This document shows, piece after piece, positions 1-8,590 of a stretch of 64,000 bases of DNA (within the stretch, counting starts at the first letter, position 1; every line of letters starts with the position of its first letter). This DNA comes from an archaeon (lineage in GTDB: Archaea > Nanobdellota > Nanobdellia > Woesearchaeales > GW2011-AR9), in assembly GCA_043812455.1 (NCBI GenBank), contig JBDRMB010000029.1, positions 8,303-72,302 of the forward strand, given 5' to 3'. The notes under the pieces were generated by a model that made no database searches, was not told the DNA's origin, and saw only the letters and a program-made list of their open reading frames with translations. The translations under genes were made by a program, and so were the position numbers.

Positions 1-934
1 CTACAAAGAAACCTTCAGTATCATTATCCTGTGGCCAGATTCTTAGCGTGTGTTTAACTTGAGGATTGTATATTGCTCCTTCAAATTCAGTTACTGGCTT
101 TCCAACTTTCAAACCCGGAAGAGTTATTTTTTCTAAAGTTGCGTTTGGAAAAGTTGTCAATAAATAGTCAATTACTCCTTCATTTTCTTCTGGTTCTAAA
201 GAACAAGTAGAATAAACCATTGTTCCACCAGGTTTAAGGTTATTGAATGCTGTAGTTGCTAATCGCTTTTGTTCTCGACAAATTTTCTTTACCATGCTCG
301 GATTCCAGATCCTTATTGTCTTCAAACTTTTCCTGATTGTTCCTGTACCAGAACAAGGTGCATCTACAAGAATCTTGTCAAATTGAAAATCTCTGAACCT
401 CGTACCGGACATTAAGGTTATGATTGTATTTGTCGCCCCACTGCGTTGTAGATTAATTCCTAACGGTTGTAACCTGATTCCTTGATAATCGTTAGCGATT
501 AACAGTCCTTTGTTTTGCATCATCGCTGCCATTTGTGTAGTTTTGCTTCCGGGAGAGGCACACATGTCCAGCACAATATCTCCCGGCTGTGGTTGTAACA
601 CTAACGGAGGTAGCATGCTGACAGCTTCCTGGATGTAAATTTTTCCAACGTGATGTTCCCAGAGATTACCTACATCTTTTCTATCAGTATGTCTGATCCA
701 GAACCCTTCTTTGCACCACGGAATGGGATCGAGAATCCATCCTTTTGCTTCGATAGATTCTTTGGTTTCTTTTATTGTGGTTTTTAATGTGTTAATTCTG
801 ATAGATCTTCTAAGGAATGATAATGAGAATGTTTTGAACTGTTCCCAATCTGTAAGTGCGGAATACCTTTTGATGAACCCTTCTTTGAATTCCATATCTT
901 CAGTGTTTGGTATTGGTGTTGGTTTTGATACCAT
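1..934 (-). CDS. tRNA/rRNA cytosine-C5 methyltransferase, NOL1/NOP2/Sun family (3' end lies beyond window start)
   Basis: The minus-strand frame opens at ATG 934..932 and stays open to position 1; it is not in the ORF track because there is no stop inside the window. The translation carries SAM-methyltransferase motifs DMCASPGSKT and DAPCSGTG and the TCSLEPEENE (TCS) motif typical of RsmB/Nop2/NSUN enzymes. Confidence 0.8.
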   Translation of the reverse strand, partial: MVSKPTPIPNTEDMEFKEGFIKRYSALTDWEQFKTFSLSFLRRSIRINTLKTTIKETKESIEAKGWILDPIPWCKEGFWIRHTDRKDVGNLWEHHVGKIYIQEAVSMLPPLVLQPQPGDIVLDMCASPGSKTTQMAAMMQNKGLLIANDYQGIRLQPLGINLQRSGATNTIITLMSGTRFRDFQFDKILVDAPCSGTGTIRKSLKTIRIWNPSMVKKICREQKRLATTAFNNLKPGGTMVYSTCSLEPEENEGVIDYLLTTFPNATLEKITLPGLKVGKPVTEFEGAIYNPQVKHTLRIWPQDNDTEGFFV

Positions 935-982
935 CTTTAGTACGATTTCTTACCACACTTAAATACATTTAGTTTATTTTAG

Positions 983-998
983 ACTACTTCAAAGTAGT
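983..998. promoter_or_regulatory. 16-nt palindrome ACTACTTCAAAGTAGT (7-bp arms) about 60 nt upstream of the small AbrB-like gene; candidate operator
   Basis: An inverted repeat read directly from the sequence. It lies in the divergent intergenic region between the Nop2-like gene and the AbrB-kinase pair, and TATA-like TTTATAAAG follows at about 1011. Confidence 0.3.
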
Positions 999-1058
999 TA
1001 CAAACCAAAAGATTTATAAAGAGAGTATGTTCTGGAATATGTATATTTTATACATAAA

Positions 1059-1202
1059 ATGAAACAGTTCACAATCACTAAAAAAATAGCAAAACATGGT
1101 AATCAAGCAATCATAGTTATACCTAGACTTATCGAGAAAGATCTTAAACCAGGAACTGTTGTTGAAGTAAAATTTAATATCCTGAAGGAGGCTAAAGAAT
1201 AA
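1059..1202 (+). CDS. small AbrB/MazE-type swapped-hairpin DNA-binding protein (47 aa), not in ORF track
   Basis: ATG 1059 to TAA 1200..1202 translates to MKQFTITKKIAKHGNQAIIVIPRLIEKDLKPGTVVEVKFNILKEAKE. The pattern hGNxxhhhIPxxhxxxLxLxxGDxVEh is typical of AbrB/SpoVT/MazE. Its stop overlaps the kinase ATG as TAATG. Confidence 0.6.
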   Translation: MKQFTITKKIAKHGNQAIIVIPRLIEKDLKPGTVVEVKFNILKEAKE

Positions 1203-3289
1203 TGGTAGCTCCAGACTTATTAGGACCAGTAAGAACAGTTGAAGATCTCATTAAACAATTATTGCCTTCTGAGAAATATAAAAATATTCAATTTTGGAAA
1301 TCTGGTGGAACAAGAGATCTTTACATGGCAGAATGGGGTCCAGGCAATGAAAAAAGAATTATTAAAGTAGACAAAAGTGAATTAGAAAGTCCTAGAGCTC
1401 AAAGACATGTTGAAAGAGGTTATGATACCTCTAATGATATCAGAGCTTTATCTGAGATATCAAACCCCGAAAGACACAACTTGATGCGTTTGGTTGATTA
1501 TTTTGATTTCAGCAAAACGCAAGGAATTACTGTTGCTGTTGAAAGACATTTTGAATCTCAATCTTTGGAAGAAAGAGTTCAAGATAAACCTTTAAAACTT
1601 AAAGAATTTGAAACTGTATTTTCGCAAGTGATTGAAGGTGCAAATTATTTCATTAACACTTGTGGAATGTACCATCGTGATCTAAAAGCTTCTAATATCC
1701 TAGTTAATGATGAACTAGAAGTCAGAATTACAGATTTTGCAAACGCTTGTAAGAAAAATGAAGTTCAGAAAAAATATATGCCAACTGCTGGCGGTCATTG
1801 GGTAAGTGATCCATTAGTTTTCTTCAATGGTTCTGAAAATGAATACAGAGAAACTTCAGAAATTTATGCAATTGGAACAGAGATGTTTTATGCTTTGACA
1901 GGGGAACATATTTTTGAGTATGATGCAGATAATGGTACAGGGATTTCTTGTTTTACAGGTGAAAGTTTACTTGATAAGAATGGTATTGTTGACAGAACAA
2001 GACATAATGCTACTTTAGATTATGCTCTCAAAAGATTACCATGGAGAATCAGAAGGAAATATGGTGAAGTTATCAAAAAAAGTTTAAGTTTGGATGACGA
2101 AGTAAGATATTCAAAAATCAGTGAATTGAAAAAAGATTTTGAAAATGAGAAAAATATGCCAAGTTGGTATCAGTATTTAACTTCAAGACTTATATTATCC
2201 TCACTATTGATTACGACAACTGGTTTTGCAATTGGTGGTGTTGGAATAATGCATCACTTAGAAAAAAAACTTGAAGAAACTCAAGCAGTTGCAGAAGAAA
2301 ATGCCAAATATTATGTCAAGCCAGAATGGGATGGCTTAAATCTTGAAATTAATAACAATCTTACAGAACTTGATTTAAAATTGTACATTCTTAATCGCAA
2401 AGGTCTTGATAATGATAGAGATTATGATAATTATCCCGAGTCTCATTTCCTAAAAGTTAACCCTGGAGAAAAATTGTCAGGATCAATTTCTTTTAGAGAA
2501 GTGGCGGGAGCCGATAATGGTGCTCTTGGACAGTGCAATGTTTCATTCTTCACTAGAGTATACATCGAAGGTTTTCCTGCTCAAGAGGAGTTTTATGTTC
2601 ATACAAGAGATCATGATAATTCTATAATTTATGGTATGGGAGCTATGGGATTGTACCAATTTCCAAACATTATTATTCCTGAGAACTTGCCTGACGGAAC
2701 TTATAATTTAATCATAGAGGCTTACTCTCCAAAAGATGATTCATATTTAAATGATAATATTATTGATGGTATGGAGAACTTAAGGTTCGATGAGTTCAGT
2801 CAGATTATACTAAGAAATCGTGTTCCTATAGTTGTTGGAAATCCTGAAGCTTTTGTGTCTGCAGAATATATGCGTGGAGATCTTGGACCAGCTATCCAAA
2901 TAAATAATCTGATAAGGAATCGTTATCATACCCCTGAGAATCTTTCAGGTAACTTAACATTTGAATTAGATTTGCTTGGAACTGACTATCACAAAGAATT
3001 TACTCCTCAAGGTCATTATGGTTCTTTATGGTTACCAAAAAAAGACAATCCAGAAGAACGGATATTACAAATAGTCACTCAGGACTCTGAAGGAGAAATG
3101 ATTTATTATACTTTTATCCCCATGGTTAATGAAATCCTTAACGAAGAAACTAGATATTCGCAATGGCGGCCAGGAATCCCAGGACCAGAATTCTACGAAA
3201 CTACAATTAAGTTAGGTCAAGCGTTGCGAGGAGAATCACATGATGAGCCCAGAGAGGGGACTGTTGGCCAGGTAGAAGTTCCTAATTGA
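1202..3289 (+). CDS. receptor-type Ser/Thr protein kinase-like membrane protein (cytoplasmic kinase domain, one TM, extracellular C-terminal domain)
   Basis: 695 aa. It has a catalytic-loop motif YHRDLKASNILV (HRDLKxxN) and a DFG-like TDFANA. A hydrophobic segment LILSSLLITTTGFAIGGVGIM lies near residue 340, followed by about 340 aa of predicted extracellular sequence. Confidence 0.7.
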   Translation: MVAPDLLGPVRTVEDLIKQLLPSEKYKNIQFWKSGGTRDLYMAEWGPGNEKRIIKVDKSELESPRAQRHVERGYDTSNDIRALSEISNPERHNLMRLVDYFDFSKTQGITVAVERHFESQSLEERVQDKPLKLKEFETVFSQVIEGANYFINTCGMYHRDLKASNILVNDELEVRITDFANACKKNEVQKKYMPTAGGHWVSDPLVFFNGSENEYRETSEIYAIGTEMFYALTGEHIFEYDADNGTGISCFTGESLLDKNGIVDRTRHNATLDYALKRLPWRIRRKYGEVIKKSLSLDDEVRYSKISELKKDFENEKNMPSWYQYLTSRLILSSLLITTTGFAIGGVGIMHHLEKKLEETQAVAEENAKYYVKPEWDGLNLEINNNLTELDLKLYILNRKGLDNDRDYDNYPESHFLKVNPGEKLSGSISFREVAGADNGALGQCNVSFFTRVYIEGFPAQEEFYVHTRDHDNSIIYGMGAMGLYQFPNIIIPENLPDGTYNLIIEAYSPKDDSYLNDNIIDGMENLRFDEFSQIILRNRVPIVVGNPEAFVSAEYMRGDLGPAIQINNLIRNRYHTPENLSGNLTFELDLLGTDYHKEFTPQGHYGSLWLPKKDNPEERILQIVTQDSEGEMIYYTFIPMVNEILNEETRYSQWRPGIPGPEFYETTIKLGQALRGESHDEPREGTVGQVEVPN

Positions 3290-4141
3290 AGCCATTAGAT
3301 GGTATACCATTAATGCTTCTTTACCTGTTTTCTTTTTCAGAAGGTTATATCCATCCCAATACAACAACTCTTTTTCTTTTTCGTGAACTTTTGCCAAAAG
3401 ATGAATGTCTTTGTTAAGATAAGACTTTTTTATAATTTCAAATATTTCTTGATTATCTTCTAAAAGTTTAATAATTTCCTTTGAAATGGGTATTTTACTG
3501 GTTAACAATTTACTGTTCAAATGATAAATTTCCCTTTGCCCTTGATTAATCAAAGTCATGAATGCCCATAAGAATTCAGAATTGTCTGCCTGAATTCTTT
3601 TTTTTGAAATAACTCTCCTACAAAAATTGTCAAATCTTTGTATTCTTTCTTCAACCTCAATAAATTCGTCATTCTTTACGTTACCGTTAATTCTATCTTT
3701 TGTTATTTCAAACAGTTCAGTAATATTATATAATATTTTTTTGAAGATTGTATCAAATTGGTCTGCAGTCGGTTCAGTTATATTTTCTATTGTGCAATAT
3801 CCCTTAGCTTTCTTTACAATTTCAAAACCCAATAGTCTTGTTTTTGTCACTTCGTTAAGAATTTTGAATTGAGATGGTTTGTCGTAAAATACTTTGACTT
3901 TATCGTAACCTCTTCGATAAGTGTTTGTAATTAATGTTCTTATTGATGATTCTGTTAAGTTTACTAATTTAATTTCTATTTCTGATTTAGTTTCAATTCC
4001 ACTTATTGAAATGATAAGGTTATTTCCAACCGCTTCGATATCAATCTCTGAACCTTTTTGGGCTTTGTTTTCTTTAACCCATTTGCTAGGTAAGCTGATC
4101 ATTAAAGTGCTTGTTCCTTGTTTTACTAGCTTTCTTCGCAT
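3236..4141 (-). CDS. AbrB-domain / PhoU-domain transcriptional regulator (archaeal phosphate-uptake-regulator-like)
   Basis: 301 aa. The N-terminus MRRKLVKQGTSTLMISLPSKWVKENKAQKGSEIDIE is a swapped-hairpin AbrB fold, followed by a helical PhoU-like body. The 3' end overlaps the kinase gene by 54 nt in convergent orientation. Confidence 0.75.
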   Translation of the reverse strand: MRRKLVKQGTSTLMISLPSKWVKENKAQKGSEIDIEAVGNNLIISISGIETKSEIEIKLVNLTESSIRTLITNTYRRGYDKVKVFYDKPSQFKILNEVTKTRLLGFEIVKKAKGYCTIENITEPTADQFDTIFKKILYNITELFEITKDRINGNVKNDEFIEVEERIQRFDNFCRRVISKKRIQADNSEFLWAFMTLINQGQREIYHLNSKLLTSKIPISKEIIKLLEDNQEIFEIIKKSYLNKDIHLLAKVHEKEKELLYWDGYNLLKKKTGKEALMVYHLMASIRNFYLANSPLSGLIM

Positions 4142-4179
4142 AGGTTGTTATTGTTTGGTGTATTTTTAAAACTTTTGCC

Positions 4180-4232
4180 AAAGTTTAAACATTTAAACTA
4201 AAATATATAGTTTAAACATAAAGTTTAAACAT
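4180..4232. promoter_or_regulatory. three copies of 13-mer A(A/T)AGTTTAAACAT plus one TTTAAAC half-copy; candidate operator array
   Basis: The palindrome GTTTAAAC occurs at 4183, 4210 and 4223, and TTTAAAC at 4193. The array lies in the divergent intergenic region between the AbrB-PhoU gene and the 4279 operon. The TATA-like AAAATATATA at 4201-4210 is interleaved with it. Confidence 0.4.
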
Positions 4233-4278
4233 TTCTTTCCAAAAACATTGTAACTACAAAAGAGTAAGAACACAAAAG

Positions 4279-5427
4279 GTGAGAACAATGAAATTAGAGA
4301 AAATACTTAACACAATCAAAAGAAAAATTACAGCACCATTAATTGCTGGTGCTTTAACAGTTGGTGCAATGATGCCAGCTTATGCTGCCGAGCAAGAATC
4401 AGTGGAAGCAGCCCAGGAAGATCCCAAAAAAACTGATGAATCATTTTTTCAAGGAAACTTAATCGGTTCAAACATTGATAACATAGTAACATTTAATCAT
4501 GATAACGGAGGAAGAGTACATTATGAAGCTGTCAACAGCCCATGGCAAGAAGTTCCTCAAAGTGATCATAGTTTAGGATTAAGAACTCCTTCTATTGCAG
4601 GAAAAGTCAGATTAAGTGGAACTTTAGATGCAAGTATTAGCTCTGAGAATTACCTAGGTGCTACTGAAATGGTTGAAGTTCTACCAGCAGATAATGTAAT
4701 TATTAGAGCTGGCGGAATTCAAAGTACTAGTGGCAAAATGGGAGGATTTGCAGGAGCAAAATTTACTCCAGAACATTTTACTGCAGATTTTGAAGCTTGG
4801 TATGACGGTACTAAATTTGACACTCACGGTTTCATTGCAGGAATAATTCCTGTAGGTAACGGAGAATTGTACCTAAGTATTGGTGGAGAATTAGGAGAGC
4901 GTGATATCAATACCACCAATGGTTGGTATAACGTTGGCGGAACAGGAATCTTTACTGGAACACACTTTGATATTGACAATAACACTCAAAGCTTGAAAGC
5001 AATAATTGTTCCAAAAGGTTACAGCAGAGGAAGAGGATTTAACGACTTTTATAGCCATATCAATAACAGAACAGAAATGCGAGCAGTAACTACTGGTTTT
5101 GTACAGGATAGTTGGGCACCTTTCGACGCTTTTGCTGTAGATGGTGAAAAAGGTCATGCAGCTGTTGCAGTGTATGCAAACAATAGTGAAGAAGCTATTG
5201 GTGGAAAAGCTCATCTTTATGTCAGACCGATACCACAAATATTCTTGGGAGTTGGTGCAGGATATTCTTATGACAAAGTTGCTGAAGAACATAATCCAAA
5301 CTTAGTTTTGGAAGCTTACGGTGCCGTACCTGGCACACCAGTAGAAGGTTGGATTACCATGGACCAGAACTTACGTACTGGCGAGCCTAATGTTACAGGT
5401 TATGTTGGTTTTGTGAACAAGTTTTAG
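4279..5427 (+). CDS. secreted beta-rich protein, possible beta-barrel (signal peptide, Gly-rich alternating strands, C-terminal Phe)
   Basis: 382 aa. The signal peptide is ...GALTVGAMMPAYA|AEQE. Gly/aromatic-rich amphipathic segments are abundant, and the C-terminus is ...TGYVGFVNKF. SD AGGTGA lies 8 nt upstream. Confidence 0.5.
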   Translation: MRTMKLEKILNTIKRKITAPLIAGALTVGAMMPAYAAEQESVEAAQEDPKKTDESFFQGNLIGSNIDNIVTFNHDNGGRVHYEAVNSPWQEVPQSDHSLGLRTPSIAGKVRLSGTLDASISSENYLGATEMVEVLPADNVIIRAGGIQSTSGKMGGFAGAKFTPEHFTADFEAWYDGTKFDTHGFIAGIIPVGNGELYLSIGGELGERDINTTNGWYNVGGTGIFTGTHFDIDNNTQSLKAIIVPKGYSRGRGFNDFYSHINNRTEMRAVTTGFVQDSWAPFDAFAVDGEKGHAAVAVYANNSEEAIGGKAHLYVRPIPQIFLGVGAGYSYDKVAEEHNPNLVLEAYGAVPGTPVEGWITMDQNLRTGEPNVTGYVGFVNKF

Positions 5428-6054
5428 GTGGAGAAAATGAATAGTAGAGATTGGGGACATTTTTGTTTTGGAGCTGCAGCAACACTAGGTTTAGGGATTG
5501 CAGCTTTTTCATATGTATCTTTTAGAGATAATCTTAACGTTGATAAAGATTATTACAAGAAAGGAGAACTCGAAATTGTTGTTAGTGATGTTGATAATGA
5601 TGGGGAGAGGGAAACTAACTTAATAGTAATTGACGAATACATTCGAGTTCCTTTAACCCATGATAATGTTAGAAGAAACTTTCCTGAAAAAGCAAATGAA
5701 AGACAAATTGAGAGAACTTACATGTTAAAAGAGTCAGGAACTCTTGATGATGGTACCAGACTTGGTAAACTTGGTGCTAGAAAGTTTGTGATAAATAATG
5801 TCAACTTGCCAATATCTCCTGGTTTTCATGAATTCATAGAATTAGATAACGGTGCTTATATTGGAAAATTAGGTGCTATGAGATATTTGCTTGATAAAGA
5901 TTGGAGTCCTACTTCTGCTGGATATCATGAAATAATTCCTAACAGTACAGGATATGATTCTATACTTGGCCAATGTCATTATACTTTAAGTTTGAAAGGA
6001 GAAATTCGGACCGCAAGTTCTGAAAAATGTAAACAATTACCAGAGAGTTATTAG
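5428..6054 (+). CDS. hypothetical membrane-anchored protein (N-terminal TM), translationally coupled to upstream gene
   Basis: 208 aa. The TM segment is FCFGAAATLGLGIAAFSYV. Its start is 1 nt after the upstream stop. Confidence 0.4.
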   Translation: MEKMNSRDWGHFCFGAAATLGLGIAAFSYVSFRDNLNVDKDYYKKGELEIVVSDVDNDGERETNLIVIDEYIRVPLTHDNVRRNFPEKANERQIERTYMLKESGTLDDGTRLGKLGARKFVINNVNLPISPGFHEFIELDNGAYIGKLGAMRYLLDKDWSPTSAGYHEIIPNSTGYDSILGQCHYTLSLKGEIRTASSEKCKQLPESY

Positions 6055-6055
6055 A

Positions 6056-6910
6056 ATGAAAAACCTTGAACTTATGACAAAATATTCTACTGGAAAACCT
6101 TTTTGGGAATCTCATAGTCCATACTACCAACCAGATTTCATTGAGGAATTGAGCCAATTACCAGAAGGCCCAGTTCTAGACGCGGGTTGTAGTGCTGGAT
6201 ATGATCACTTGGGTCTTCAAGATATTACTAAAAGAGAAATAATTGGGATTGATACAAATCCAAAAGCAATTGAAGAAGCAATTAAAAAAAGTCCAACTGG
6301 CACATTCTTTCGAAGAGATATTCAGGATACCAGTTTCAAAGATGAAACCTTTGCAGCGGTTTATATGATAAATGTTGCTCATTATCTTGATGACCAAGCA
6401 AAAGCCCTAAATGAAATGTACCGTGTATTAAAAACAGGAGGATATCTCTATATTCATTTTAATACAGAAATTATTGATAACGAAGGTAATATAGATTATC
6501 AACAAAGTGAAGAAGAAATTTCTGATTTAATTGAAAATTCTAAATTTCAGGTAGTATCTAAGAAAAATTTTACTAGAAGCGACCAGTTTCCAATACCACA
6601 TAAACATTCTGCAATCAAATATCTTCTCAAAAAAGAAGCTGAAAAAGAAAAGAAAAAAGTTAGTAAGCTTGGCACAGCTGTAATGATTGGAGCATTTGCC
6701 TTACTTTCTCAAATTGGTGGAAACCTTGCTATATATCAAAACCTAACAATCGAACTAAACAAGGGAGTAACAAAAGAAGAGATTGAAGCTAATTATTGTG
6801 GTAATGATCATGGTTTTGAGGAAGGTAGTTTACTTTGTCAATCTTTTTGGTACTTATCCGCACCAGCAAGGGAATTAGCTTATTGGAATCATGAGAGGAA
6901 AGAAAAATGA
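6056..6910 (+). CDS. class I SAM-dependent methyltransferase with C-terminal membrane segment
   Basis: Motif I is VLDAGCSAGYD, the post-I acidic residue is GIDTNP, and motif II-like is LKTGGYLYIHF. A C-terminal hydrophobic stretch LGTAVMIGAFALLSQIGG is present. Confidence 0.55.
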   Translation: MKNLELMTKYSTGKPFWESHSPYYQPDFIEELSQLPEGPVLDAGCSAGYDHLGLQDITKREIIGIDTNPKAIEEAIKKSPTGTFFRRDIQDTSFKDETFAAVYMINVAHYLDDQAKALNEMYRVLKTGGYLYIHFNTEIIDNEGNIDYQQSEEEISDLIENSKFQVVSKKNFTRSDQFPIPHKHSAIKYLLKKEAEKEKKKVSKLGTAVMIGAFALLSQIGGNLAIYQNLTIELNKGVTKEEIEANYCGNDHGFEEGSLLCQSFWYLSAPARELAYWNHERKEK

Positions 6911-7269
6911 AACCACGGAACGGTTGGGATTGGATAGAAACAACACTGGACGGAGAGTATAATGAAAACAAACAAATTGTAGTTGAGTTTTACTTCCGTA
7001 TGTTCTCAGAAGAATGTTGGAGTCGCAGAGTACCGTCATCGTATAGAGGAATTATCAGAAAAATTGGAGATCATTATTTATCATATTATATTGAATCCTC
7101 AGATGAAAAAACATATACAGATATTGATCACGATTTGCCAACAGCAGCTAGAAATATGTACCAACACATGAAAGAAAAATGCGATACACTTGCTGAGGAA
7201 AAAATAAGATTTATCGAAAGTATTGATGACAAATTAAGAGAAATTCTGGAGGGAGAAAATGAAACTTGA
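6907..7269 (+). CDS. hypothetical protein (120 aa)
   Basis: The ORF overlaps the upstream stop by 4 nt (operon-like). No recognisable motifs. Confidence 0.35.
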   Translation: MKPRNGWDWIETTLDGEYNENKQIVVEFYFRMFSEECWSRRVPSSYRGIIRKIGDHYLSYYIESSDEKTYTDIDHDLPTAARNMYQHMKEKCDTLAEEKIRFIESIDDKLREILEGENET

Positions 7270-7558
7270 ACAAGAAGATTTAGGAAAATGGATTGCTGTT
7301 ACTTTTAACCCACAAAAATTATCTGATGAAGATGTCGAATCGCAAAGAATACCTTATAGTTCTGTAATTGATTATGAATTGAGAGAAAAAGATGAAGAAT
7401 TTGAAAGATTCTTTGAACAGATTCCAACAGCAGGGATAGCAATGCCTGTAGTTGACAGTGTTAACCCATATTATGTCGGAAAACATTTAGGCGCAAGTAG
7501 AGGTATAATAAGAGGAAAATTAGAAGAAATTACAGACACTTACTTCAAATTAAAATAA
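7259..7558 (+). CDS. hypothetical protein (99 aa)
   Basis: The ORF overlaps the previous gene by 11 nt. No recognisable motifs. Confidence 0.3.
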   Translation: MKLEQEDLGKWIAVTFNPQKLSDEDVESQRIPYSSVIDYELREKDEEFERFFEQIPTAGIAMPVVDSVNPYYVGKHLGASRGIIRGKLEEITDTYFKLK

Positions 7559-7605
7559 AGCTTTAATCCATAAACTTTTAAAACTCCCGCGCACAAAACC
7601 AGTAC

Positions 7606-8529
7606 ATGACCAAAATATCGCTGATTGGTGCTGGTAACCTGGGAGCATCAATTGCATACGAAATTGCTACTAGAAACCTCGCAGATGAACTTGTTCTTGT
7701 AGATATTGCTAAAGAATTGTGTTGCGGTCAAGCAATGGACATTCAACAAGCCCTGCCGTTTAAGAACAAGACCAAAGTTTATGATGGAGATTATCCAAAC
7801 ATAGCAAATTCTGACATTATTGTAATTACTGCCGGCAAACCAAGAACACCAGACATGACAGACAGACTACAATTAGCTAAAATTAACATCAAAATCATGA
7901 ATAGTGTGTTAGAACAAATCAAACACCACTCCCCTAACTCAATTATTATTACAATTAGTAACCCATTAGATATTATCAATCATCACATTCACAAGTTTGG
8001 ATTTGACCGGCACAAAGTTATTGGTTCTAGTTCACAATTAGATTCTGCGCGGTTCAGAACTGTACTGGGCCATCCTGACAAAAAAGTTGAAGCTTATGTT
8101 ATTGGCGAACATGGTAATGATCAAGTTCCAGTATTCAGTAAAGTTAAGATTAACGGAGAACTAAAACAATTTACAGATGAAGAAAAACAATCTCTCAAAG
8201 AACAATTAAAATATTCTTCTCTTTGTGTGATTGAAAAGAAAGGTTGTACAGTTTTTGCTCCTACTTCAAACACAGTAGATTTAGTGGAAGCTATTGTTAA
8301 AGATCAAAACAAACTGGTAGTATGCTCAACAAACTTAGAAAATGATTACTATTGCAGTGACGTTTCTTTAGGAGTTCCAGTTATCTTAAACAAAAATGGA
8401 ATAAAAGAAGTTGTGGAATGGGACCTAAGCGCAGAAGAATTAGAACAGTTCAGGGCAGCCGCCAAAAAACTACAAGATTTCTATCAAGAACTTACAGAAT
8501 CAGTAGAAGTAGCACCAATACACGAGTGA
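7606..8529 (+). CDS. mdh: malate/L-lactate dehydrogenase (LDH/MDH family)
   Basis: The N-terminal Rossmann motif is KISLIGAGNLGASIAYEIA. The substrate and catalytic region IVITAGKPRTPDMTDRLQL and the His-bearing segment IGEHGNDQVPVF are present. Confidence 0.85.
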   Translation: MTKISLIGAGNLGASIAYEIATRNLADELVLVDIAKELCCGQAMDIQQALPFKNKTKVYDGDYPNIANSDIIVITAGKPRTPDMTDRLQLAKINIKIMNSVLEQIKHHSPNSIIITISNPLDIINHHIHKFGFDRHKVIGSSSQLDSARFRTVLGHPDKKVEAYVIGEHGNDQVPVFSKVKINGELKQFTDEEKQSLKEQLKYSSLCVIEKKGCTVFAPTSNTVDLVEAIVKDQNKLVVCSTNLENDYYCSDVSLGVPVILNKNGIKEVVEWDLSAEELEQFRAAAKKLQDFYQELTESVEVAPIHE

Positions 8530-8543
8530 TATATAGATTAACA

Positions 8544-8590
8544 TATTGGTTGCGGGAGGTGTTGCTCCTTACGGGAGGGCACCGCACTCG
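8544..8590. repeat. GC-rich structured element, copy a (GCGGGAGG..TGCTCCTTACGGGAGGGCACCGC), flanked by 7-nt direct repeats ATTAACA
   Basis: The local GC is far above the roughly one-third GC of its surroundings. ATTAACA occurs at 8537-8543 and again at 8591-8597. The core shares TGCTCCYTACGGGA with copies at 11686-11723 and 43603-43699. Confidence 0.35.

Noticed and set aside
4142-4278. Possible CRISPR array suggested by the repeated GTTTAAAC-containing units
   Set aside because: Only three short (13-nt) units with irregular 13- and 27-nt spacing are present, with no spacer-sized unique intervals and no cas genes. It is better explained as operator sites.
3627-5292. Short antisense ORFs (3627..3872, 3921..4169, 4891..5292 minus) and similar embedded ORFs elsewhere (for example 15556..15741, 19173..19358, 21182..21469, 33533..33772, 35468..35692, 51271..51507, 54825..55055, 56517..56705, 57434..57646)
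   Set aside because: All lie wholly inside longer ORFs on the opposite strand or frame that have clear homology or motif support. Their translations are low-complexity or hydrophobic, as expected from AT-rich antisense reading.
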